Assembly (NCBI RefSeq): GCF_000143415.4
Contig: NW_003314620.1
Coordinates: 1 to 8,939, forward strand
Source: Selaginella moellendorffii
Lineage: Eukaryota > Plantae > Lycopodiophyta
DNA: 8,939 nucleotides
Direction of reading: 5' to 3'
In this document: in pieces, positions 1 to 6,724 of the stretch
How positions within the stretch are numbered: the first letter of the stretch is position 1
Layout of the letters: every line of letters begins with the position of its first letter
Notes under the pieces: generated by a model
The model's input: only the letters and a program-made list of their open reading frames with translations
Database searches by the model: none
Told to the model about the DNA's origin: nothing
Translations under genes and position numbers: made by a program

Positions 1-308
1 AAACTTGCTCAGTTATTTGTAGACTAATTATTTAATCTCTATGGTTTGCCGGTGACATTGTGAGTGATCAAAATCCCAAGTTAACGTCCAAGTTTTGGCA
101 AACAATCTTTGAGAAGCTAAAGACTAAGTTGAGCATGAGTAATGGTAAACATCCACAATCAGATGGGTAAATAGAGCACATGAATTAGCTATTAAAAGAT
201 ATGCTAAGGTCTTTTATGGGAAACTTGACTTGAAAGGGAGTATGGGAAAAGTATTTGCCTTTGCTTTAGTTTACTCACAATAGAGCTCATCAATTGGCTA
301 TTGGCATG
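1..308 (+). pseudogene. Degenerate Ty3/gypsy integrase core fragment of an older retroelement, cut by the young element
   Basis: Manual translation: KLAQLFVD*LFNLYGLP, frameshift near 53, then DIVSDQNPKLTSKFWQTIFEKLKTKLSMSNGKHPQSDG*IEHMN*LLKDMLRSFMGNLT*KGVWEKYLPLL*FTHNRAHQLAIGM. This matches the rve core pattern (IVSDRD..F.S.FW; HPQTDGQTE..N; W...LPL.EF.YN....S.GM). Several stops and one frameshift. Confidence 0.9.
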
Positions 309-338
309 TGTAGAACTGAGGGAATATTCCATTTGCCA

Positions 339-346
339 CCACGTCA
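339..346. promoter_or_regulatory. CCACGTCA/TGACGTGG bZIP (hex, G/C-box) motif in U3; second copy at 6453-6460
   Basis: Exact match to the known plant bZIP ACGT-core site, identical in both LTRs and upstream of a TATA-like tract. Function untested. Confidence 0.4.
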
Positions 347-399
347 GTATTAGGGCCACGACCATTGGGGACACTTAAGGGGGAAAAAACAGGGGATCA

Positions 400-433
400 A
401 ATGTATATGTGTGGAAGTGAAGAAGAGAATAAA
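400..433 (+). promoter_or_regulatory. TATA-like tract (about 400-408) and AATAAA (428-433; 6542-6547 in the 3' LTR)
   Basis: GTATAT in the 5' LTR versus AATATAT in the 3' LTR, followed by AATAAA in both. Positions suit an LTR promoter and polyA signal, but these are short motifs. Confidence 0.3.
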
Positions 434-442
434 GGAAAAAGG

Positions 443-592
443 ATGCCTCGACGAAGAGGTCCTCGGCGAAGCGCCCTCGATCGTGTGAACGAGCGACTTC
501 GGATACCACGAGAAGCAAGAGAACGTCAAGCCACTATGAGCATACCCTGTCCTCACTGTGGGCAGCGGTTCTATTTTAGAGCAAACTCCTAG
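443..592 (+). CDS. LTR-encoded 49-aa basic ORF with CxxC (MPRRRGPRRSALDRVNERLRIPREARERQATMSIPCPHCGQRFYFRANS); uORF or detached Gag N-terminus
   Basis: ATG with A at -3. Open in both LTRs (copy at 6557-6703), and the only LTR indel is a frame-preserving 3 nt. Arg-rich with CPHC. Confidence 0.45.
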   Translation: MPRRRGPRRSALDRVNERLRIPREARERQATMSIPCPHCGQRFYFRANS

Positions 593-614
593 ATATTCCC
601 TGGGGTGTCTTCAC

Positions 615-627
615 TGGTGCACTGCCC
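615..627 (+). other. Primer binding site TGGTGCACTGCCC (probably tRNA-Gly type, not tRNA-iMet)
   Basis: TGG begins 1 nt after the LTR-terminal CA. TGGTGCAC complements the ...GUGCA-CCA end I recall for plant tRNA-Gly(GCC); the tRNA assignment needs checking. Confidence 0.75.
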
Positions 628-734
628 AAACCCATTCTTCAATAAACCTACAGAGTTCGAGCGAGGAGAGCCGAACCAAGTAGCGTCATTGAACAATTGG
701 GACTAGACAGCAGCACGATCGTTTAGTTAAAATC

Positions 735-2390
735 TTGCTGGATTCCGAGCGGGAGGAGCAAATCCGACGCCAGCAGGACGAGCGGGCAGCCCGCTACGCA
801 CGACGTCAGGCGCTTTCTACGCCACTTTCGTCTCCTCGCATAAGACCCTCGTCACCAAGCGAGGAGCCTTCTTCCCCACCAGATCTTGACGAGGAAGTTT
901 GGGGCGAGTACCAATCGTCCCCACCACCAGCCCCTCCTCCACCCATCTCAGTTTCTACTCCTCCAAGAATGAGTGGCGCTGGCGGATCCGGAGGTGCACG
1001 ACCACCGCCGCCGCCGCCAATTCCTCCTCTGCCAGGACGGCATTTTACACGCATGAGGTATCCTTCTTTCTCGCCCATCGCGGGCAATGATGCGGGCAAT
1101 GATGCGGACGCACATCTCAATTCCTTTGAGACTGTTGGCATCGCCAAACAAGAAGCCGATGAAGCCGATCGCCTTCGGTTCTTCCCTGCTACACTCCAAG
1201 ACGCTGCTCTGGAGTGGTATCTCCAAGCCCAGCGTTCTGCACCAGCCAGTATTGCGAACTGGGACCTGCTTCGATCAGCCTTTCTCGCTGCTTTCCGACC
1301 CGTGGGATTCGCACAGCGAGTTAGTGAGGAACTTAACTACATTCGATTGCTACCAAACGAAAGCTTACAAAGTTTTATCATCCGGTTTCGGCGACTAGTC
1401 GCTAAAAAAGACCCTCCTCCCAGCGAGGACGATCAGGTTCGCTTCTTCACGAACGGCCTACCTCCTGAATTGGCTTTCTTCACGAAGGGCCAGACCCCCA
1501 CAACACTTGCTGAGGCTATTTCCACGGCTTCCAGTTGGGAGCAAGCCCGCGTGAGCATGGCTCGCTTCCAGCAGCCTTTCTACTCCGTTCCTTCAGTGCT
1601 TGGCGGTCCACCAGTGATCCCGCCCACCTTTCCTTCCCTGCAAACATCAGCAGCATCACAGCCATATTCTTCGCTTACTGACCCAGCAACCTTACCTTTT
1701 CCTGGAACCGTCGATTACAGCCGCCTCCAGCAGCATGTACTTCCTGCTGCGGCTCCTTCCTCTTCAGCTCTGCCACAGTCGCAAGAAATTTCCAAAGTTC
1801 GTGATGACTTGGAAACACTCACCAAGAAAATGTCCGAGCTTCAGCTTAACTGGATTCGAGGAGTCCAGACACCTCCTCAGCCTGTTACTGAACGTGAGAA
1901 TATCTGGTGTACTCGTTGCAACGGATATGGACATTATCCCAGCGACTGCCCAAGTCCTGCACCAGCTCGAGTCAAGTGCCAGCACTGCGGAAGAAATAAT
2001 CACAGATCAGAGCACTGCATATATAAACCCGGTACCTCAGCTCAGCCAGCTCCTCGCATGCCTGCACGTCCCAGCTACCACGTCCAGCCCCAGCTTCTTC
2101 AAGATCCATCGCCACCTCTGGTTCTACAAGGTTACACACCCGATCTAGTACCCGTTTATGCAGCAGCTCCAGCACGAACGAGTAATGTACCTGGAAGGGG
2201 TCGAGCTCGACGTATTATCTGCTTTCGTTGCAGACAGCCCGGCCATATCGCTCCCGAGTGTCCGAATGCACGAGCACCAGTTGAGTACCAACCCATCTGC
2301 GGCATCTGTAACACGCAAGGTCTTCATGCCCAAGACGACTGCCCTCACCGTCTTCGTCGCGATCAAGGCGGACAAGGCAATCCTCCATGA
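735..2390 (+). CDS. gag: Gag: Pro-rich N-region, Retrotrans_gag capsid, four CCHC knuckles. Frame is open from 693; first ATG is at 969
   Basis: Capsid motifs FFPATLQDAALEWY..WDLLRSAFLAAF, ESLQSFIIRFRRL and FFTNGLPPEL..PTTLAEAI. Knuckles at 1908-1949, 1977-2018, 2220-2261 and 2298-2342. True start uncertain. Confidence 0.92.
   Translation: MLDSEREEQIRRQQDERAARYARRQALSTPLSSPRIRPSSPSEEPSSPPDLDEEVWGEYQSSPPPAPPPPISVSTPPRMSGAGGSGGARPPPPPPIPPLPGRHFTRMRYPSFSPIAGNDAGNDADAHLNSFETVGIAKQEADEADRLRFFPATLQDAALEWYLQAQRSAPASIANWDLLRSAFLAAFRPVGFAQRVSEELNYIRLLPNESLQSFIIRFRRLVAKKDPPPSEDDQVRFFTNGLPPELAFFTKGQTPTTLAEAISTASSWEQARVSMARFQQPFYSVPSVLGGPPVIPPTFPSLQTSAASQPYSSLTDPATLPFPGTVDYSRLQQHVLPAAAPSSSALPQSQEISKVRDDLETLTKKMSELQLNWIRGVQTPPQPVTERENIWCTRCNGYGHYPSDCPSPAPARVKCQHCGRNNHRSEHCIYKPGTSAQPAPRMPARPSYHVQPQLLQDPSPPLVLQGYTPDLVPVYAAAPARTSNVPGRGRARRIICFRCRQPGHIAPECPNARAPVEYQPICGICNTQGLHAQDDCPHRLRRDQGGQGNPP
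1080..1107 (+). repeat. 12-bp tandem duplication GCGGGCAATGAT x2.3 (AGND-AGND)
   Basis: Two perfect copies at 1080-1091 and 1092-1103, plus a partial GCGG; in frame within gag. Confidence 0.9.
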
Positions 2391-5300
2391 CGTTCCACTG
2401 CTCCAAGAAATGACCCAGTGATCGACACCCAAGTCGTCCAGCCCTGCTATGGCACGATTCCTGCCCTCGCCGTGGCCCATGCGGCTCAAACTGCACACGC
2501 AATGGCACCCAGTTCCTCCCTACGGCTACTCAAACGCCAAGCACGGCGTCTACCTGCAACACCACAGCCCACCCATGCCGCTCCTGCCTTTGCTCCAAGC
2601 GCGTACCCTGATCCGGCAGTTGCTCCAAGACCCGCAATCCAGTTTGAAGCGCTTCCCTTTCCGCCATCGCGAGACCCTAATTCTGGAAATGCCACTTCAT
2701 TCAATCACGCTTCACTCAGCGATCAAGAAGTTATCGCCGACAAGAAAAAGAGATATCGCCGTCTGGAGACACGTCCGTACGATATTTTGGGGGATCTGGA
2801 GCACCAAAAGCCACAAATTTCCTTCAGTCAGCTCCTCCATGCCGCTCCAGAGCTCCGCAAGGTGGTCTCCTCTGCTCTCCGTGGGCATCGAGAAATTGTC
2901 GTGAACAGCGCGTGGCCCCTTTTCGTCGACATGTCTGCTCCCACGATTAACGTGGACATCCGTGGCCACCACATCTCTTCTGCTACCATCGATGGTGGCA
3001 GTGGCGTCAACCTGATGCCGCATGAAACTGCAGCTCGCCTGGATCTTCCAGCTCCTGTTCCTGTTCACTTTCACCTGCGCATGGCGGATCAACGCCGCGT
3101 TCAGCCGCTTGGCATCATCACGGGTGTCAAGACGGTCATTGCGGGAATTATTTTCTTTGTCGATTATGTCGTTCTCAGGATGAACGATGGCAATCTGACT
3201 TATCCACTCCTTCTTGGGCGACCCTGGCTTCTCCAAGCTCGCGCACGCCATGACTGGGCCACTGGCTTCTTGGAGATAGGTGATGGCAATTTTTCCCGCA
3301 AAATCCAGGTTCACTTTCAGCAGCGCCCTGAAGCTAGTTTCGAGGTTGAATCAAACGACTCGGATTCCTCCAACGACGAAGATGATCCAGATGAGGATGC
3401 TCCTGCTCTTTCTACTGAACCTTCGCTTACATCCCAGACTACAGCTGAGGTTCAAGCTTGGCTTTTCTGCGGCTCAGTGACAGTGGAGCCGTCCCTACCT
3501 TTGCACCAGGTTCTCGTTGCTGATCACAATGCTCCAGAACCTGCATCCCCGTTCGAGCCTCCTGCAACGACTTCCGTCAACGTTGGTACCTCCAGCGAAC
3601 CTCGTGAACTCCAAGTCGGCGCCGACTTATCTCCCTTGGACCTCCAGCAGTACCAGAAGCTCTTCCATGCATACAAGGATATCTTTGCATGGTCTTATGC
3701 GGATTTACGTGGCATCAATCCTGAGCTCGGGCAACACCGCATCGAACTCCAGCCGGACGCGCAGCCGCGACGACAGAGAATGTACCGCATGAATCCAAAC
3801 TACGCTCAAGCTGTTCGTGAGGATCTGGATAAGATGCTTGCTGCGGGTTTCATCTACCCTGTCGACGCGACGGATTGGCTCTCTCCCATCGTCGTCGTTC
3901 CAAAAAAGAATGGGAAGCTGCGTGTATGTGTCGACTACCGCAAGCTTAACGCTGTGACACGCAAGGACGGGTTTCCCCTTCCCTTCACGGATGTGGTGCT
4001 CAACAACGTAGCTGGACACACGACTTACTCGTTCCTTGATGGCTTTAGTGGCTATCACCAGGTTCTTATCCATCCTGATGATCAACATCTCACCTCGTTT
4101 ATCACTCCGTGGGGATGTTTTTGCTACAGGGTGATGCCATTCGGACTCACGAATAGTCCCGCGACTTTTCAACGAGTCATGCAAGCAGCCTTTCAACGGC
4201 TCCTTGGAGATTTTCTGGAAGTTTTTCTTGATGATTTCAGCGTTTATAGCGACGCTATATCTCATTGCATAAAACTCGAAAAATGTTTTGAACGTTGCCG
4301 TTTCTATGGCATTTCTCTAAATCCCTCCAAGTGTTCGTTTGGCGTTCCCCGTGGCATTCTTCTCGGTCGAGTGGTCTCCCGGGAAGGATTAGCTGTGGAT
4401 CCAGCTAAGGTGGCTATCGTGAAGAACCTGGAACCACCGCGCGTTAAAAAAGATCTTCAAGCTTTCTTGGGCCATGTCGGCTACCATCGCCGCTTTATCT
4501 ACGATTTCGCGACTAAAGCTTTGCCTCTGACGAAACTCTTGAAGGCCGGCGTGCCTTATGAGTGGACACCAGCGTGTCAGGACGCATTTGAGCTTCTCCG
4601 GGGAGCTCTGATCACTGCTCCGATTTTAGCCGTTCCTGACTGGACAGTTATTTTCCACGTCCACGTGGATGCTTCTGCCTTTGCTGTCGGCGCTGTTCTT
4701 TGCCAGCCGCGAGAGGGCATCGATCACCCTATTTTCTACGCAAGCCGCCAACTCTCCTCTGCCGAGCGCAACTACTCCGCCACTGAACGGGAAGGCTTAG
4801 GCATGATCTTTGCTATTCAGAAGTATCGCCACTACCTGTTGGGCACACACTTCAAATTTTTCGTGGATCACCAAGCCCTCAAGTACCTCGTCAACAAGCC
4901 TTGCCGCACAGGTCGCATATCTCGCTGGCTCATCATCCTCCAGGAATTTGACTTTGAGGTGATCCTGAAACCCGGCCACGCTCATGCCATGGCCGATCAC
5001 CTTTCACGATTGCCAGGCCCTCCCTCCTCCCAGGACCTTGAGGATGACCCAGCTGATGCAACTCTGTTTTCTTGCGACACCATGGATCTCTTTGCGGTCG
5101 ACGCTGTTCCCGAATGGTATCAAGGGATTGCAGATTATCTGGCTACCGGTGAGTTCCCTGCTGACTTTACGGTCACCGCACGCAAGCGACTTATTATCCA
5201 GGCTCGTCCATACTCTCTCCTGCATGGCCAGCTCTACATCCTTGGCCGTGACGATGTTCTACGCCGTTGTATCCTTCCTCATGAGGTGGAGACAGTCATA

Positions 5301-6422
5301 GCATCATGCCATGACTCACCTTATGGCGGCCACTTCTCCTCACAAGGAACAATTCGGTTGGTTCTCCAAGCAGGCTACTGGTGGCCAACGCTTCACAAGG
5401 ATGTTGCTGCCTACGTTCGGACCTGCGATCCCTGCCAGCGTGCTGGTCGCCCAACTCGTCGTGATCTGATGCCGCTTAATCCTCTACTTCCGGTGCTTCC
5501 TTTTGAGAAGTGGGGCATCGATTTTGTGGGACCGATCAAGCCAGCCAGCCATCCTTCCCGTTGCCGCTACATTCTCGTGTGCACGGACTATGTCACGAAG
5601 TGGGCCGAGGCAGAAGCTCTCACGGAAGACACAGCTGCCAAGGTTGCGACTTTTCTTTACAAGAACATCATCACGAGATTTGGCTGCCCTTTGGAGCTGG
5701 TGAGCGATAGAGGTACTCACTTTATCAATCAAGTGATCGCGACCTTGGTGGAGAAGTATGGCATCGCTCATCGTAAGTCCACTCCCTATCACCCTCGTGC
5801 TAACGGACAGGTGGAGCGCACCAATAAGATACTGTGCGACATTATCACGAAGCTTGCCAGTGCTTCTTGCACAGATTGGGATCAACGCTTGTTGGATGCT
5901 CTCTGGGCATACCGCGTTGCTTACAAGGTCACCACCAAAGCTTCACCGTTCCAGCTTGTTTATGGACAAGAAGCCATCCTACCACTCGAGCTTGAGATTC
6001 CATCTCTCCGTATGGCTGTCAAGCACAACTTGGACTGGGACAACACTCTTCAAGCTCGACTGGACACACTTCTCCAACTCGACGAGCGTCGACTTCTCGC
6101 TTTCCAAGCTCGCGAAGCACTTCAGAAGCGCCACAAAGTCTGGTACGATCGTCATTTGCGTGCTAAAAATTTTTCTGCTGGTGATCAGGTTCTCCTTTAC
6201 GATAGCAAGCACTGGAAAAAGCCTGGGAAACTCCGTATTCGCTGGCTTGGCCCATATCGCATCGTTGAAGTTTTTACCAATGGCTCGGTCCAGCTTGAAG
6301 ATCTTAGTGGGAACTTGTTACCTACTCGTGTTAATGGAGCTCGCCTGCGCAAGTACCATGAGCGAGATGAAGCTGCCGTGGAGCTGTGTGCTCCGGGACG
6401 GAGCCCAATAGGTGGGGGGTGA
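2391..6422 (+). CDS. pol: Pol polyprotein (PR-RT-RNase H-INT), same frame as gag, open from the codon after TGA 2388-2390
   Basis: Uninterrupted frame (ORF track starts at GTG 2418; first ATG at 2502). All four domains are recognisable; stop at 6420-6422. Confidence 0.96.
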   Translation, partial: RSTAPRNDPVIDTQVVQPCYGTIPALAVAHAAQTAHAMAPSSSLRLLKRQARRLPATPQPTHAAPAFAPSAYPDPAVAPRPAIQFEALPFPPSRDPNSGNATSFNHASLSDQEVIADKKKRYRRLETRPYDILGDLEHQKPQISFSQLLHAAPELRKVVSSALRGHREIVVNSAWPLFVDMSAPTINVDIRGHHISSATIDGGSGVNLMPHETAARLDLPAPVPVHFHLRMADQRRVQPLGIITGVKTVIAGIIFFVDYVVLRMNDGNLTYPLLLGRPWLLQARARHDWATGFLEIGDGNFSRKIQVHFQQRPEASFEVESNDSDSSNDEDDPDEDAPALSTEPSLTSQTTAEVQAWLFCGSVTVEPSLPLHQVLVADHNAPEPASPFEPPATTSVNVGTSSEPRELQVGADLSPLDLQQYQKLFHAYKDIFAWSYADLRGINPELGQHRIELQPDAQPRRQRMYRMNPNYAQAVREDLDKMLAAGFIYPVDATDWLSPIVVVPKKNGKLRVCVDYRKLNAVTRKDGFPLPFTDVVLNNVAGHTTYSFLDGFSGYHQVLIHPDDQHLTSFITPWGCFCYRVMPFGLTNSPATFQRVMQAAFQRLLGDFLEVFLDDFSVYSDAISHCIKLEKCFERCRFYGISLNPSKCSFGVPRGILLGRVVSREGLAVDPAKVAIVKNLEPPRVKKDLQAFLGHVGYHRRFIYDFATKALPLTKLLKAGVPYEWTPACQDAFELLRGALITAPILAVPDWTVIFHVHVDASAFAVGAVLCQPREGIDHPIFYASRQLSSAERNYSATEREGLGMIFAIQKYRHYLLGTHFKFFVDHQALKYLVNKPCRTGRISRWLIILQEFDFEVILKPGHAHAMADHLSRLPGPPSSQDLEDDPADATLFSCDTMDLFAVDAVPEWYQGIADYLATGEFPADFTVTARKRLIIQARPYSLLHGQLYILGRDDVLRRCILPHEVETVIASCHDSPYGGHFSSQGTIRLVLQAGYWWPTLHKDVAAYVRTCDPCQRAGRPTRRDLMPLNPLLPVLPFEKWGIDFVGPIKPASHPSRCRYILVCTDYVTKWAEAEALTEDTAAKVATFLYKNIITRFGCPLELVSDRGTHFINQVIATLVEKYGIAHRKSTPYHPRANGQVERTNKILCDIITKLASASCTDWDQRLLDALWAYRVAYKVTTKASPFQLVYGQEAILPLELEIPSLRMAVKHNLDWDNTLQARLDTLLQLDERRLLAFQAREALQKRHKVWYDRHLRAKNFSAGDQVLLYDSKHWKKPGKLRIRWLGPYRIVEVFTNGSVQLEDLSGNLLPTRVNGARLRKYHERDEAAVELCAPGRSPIGGG
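2937..3296 (+). other. Aspartic protease domain (approximate limits)
   Basis: ATIDGGSGVNLM with catalytic D at 2991; LRMADQ; YPLLLGRPWL. Confidence 0.9.
3780..4400 (+). other. Reverse transcriptase domain (approximate limits)
   Basis: WLSPIVVVPKKNGKLRVCVDYRKLN, FLDGFSGYHQV, MPFGLTNSPATFQR, and VFLDDF with DD at 4230-4235. Confidence 0.96.
4650..5010 (+). other. Ty3-type RNase H domain (approximate limits)
   Basis: VDASAFAVGAVL with D at 4668, NYSATERE, FVDHQAL, MADHLSR. Confidence 0.94.
5250..6360 (+). other. Integrase: HHCC, D,D-35-E core, GPY/F motif; no chromodomain (approximate limits)
   Basis: H5310, H5331, C5424, C5433; D5520, D5706, E5814 (35 residues between the second D and E); WLGPY at 6243-6257. 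Confidence 0.96.
6410..6422 (+). other. Polypurine tract AGGTGGGGGGTGA
   Basis: G-rich run abutting the TG of the 3' LTR; preceded by the GCTCCG-GGA-CGGAGC hairpin at 6390-6404. Confidence 0.9.
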
Positions 6423-6724
6423 TGTAGAACTGAGGGAATATTCCATTTGCCACCACGTCAGTATTAGGGTCACGACCATTGGGGACACTTAAGGGGGAAA
6501 AAACAGGGGATCAAATATATGTGTGAGGAAGTGAAGAAGAGAATAAAGGAAAAAGGATGCCTCAACGAAGAGGTCCTCGGCGAAGCGCCCTTGATCGTGT
6601 GAACGAGCGACTTCGGATACGACGAGAAGCAAGAGAACGAGCCACTATGAGCATACCCTGTCCTCACTGTGGGCAGCGGTTCTATTTTAGAGCAAACTCC
6701 TAGATATTCCCTGGGGTGTCTTCA
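6423..6724 (+). repeat. 3' LTR (302 bp)
   Basis: Direct repeat of 309-613; 7 substitutions and loss of TCA relative to the 5' LTR (about 97.7% identity over aligned bases, counted by hand). Confidence 0.97.

Larger units (their letters stand above)
309..613 (+). repeat. 5' LTR (305 bp)
   Basis: Starts TGTAGAACTGAG, ends GGTGTCTTCA; direct repeat of 6423-6724; followed after 1 nt by TGG. Confidence 0.97.
309..6724 (+). mobile_element. Full-length Ty3/gypsy LTR retrotransposon, non-chromovirus type (Athila/Phygy/Selgy-like)
   Basis: Two near-identical TG..CA LTRs, PBS, PPT, gag, and pol with domain order PR-RT-RH-INT (gypsy order). Lineage is inferred from motifs only. Confidence 0.97.

Noticed and set aside
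302-308. TGGCA versus TGGCT as a 5-bp TSD with the LTR starting at 307
   Set aside because: Bases 307-308 do not match 6421-6422, and they complete the ATG of the host integrase GM motif, so the LTR starts at 309.
365-442. Upstream extension of the LTR ORF (TTG 365, ATGs at 401 and 407)
   Set aside because: The 3' LTR has an in-frame TGA and lacks these ATGs; only ATG 443 is shared.
350-556. Antisense LTR ORF (also 6470-6667)
   Set aside because: Duplicated only because the LTR is; no motif, and probably the shadow of the purine-rich strand.
2340-2420. Ribosomal frameshift at the gag-pol junction
   Set aside because: Both ORFs share a frame and no slippery heptamer is evident.
2712-5885. 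Antisense ORFs (2712-3314, 3705-4265, 5484-5885 and shorter ones)
   Set aside because: Shadow frames of GC-rich pol with no recognisable domain.
5758-6411. 217-aa alternate-frame ORF as a possible env-like gene
   Set aside because: Entirely overlaps integrase; Ser/Leu-rich off-frame composition with no convincing signal peptide or transmembrane architecture.
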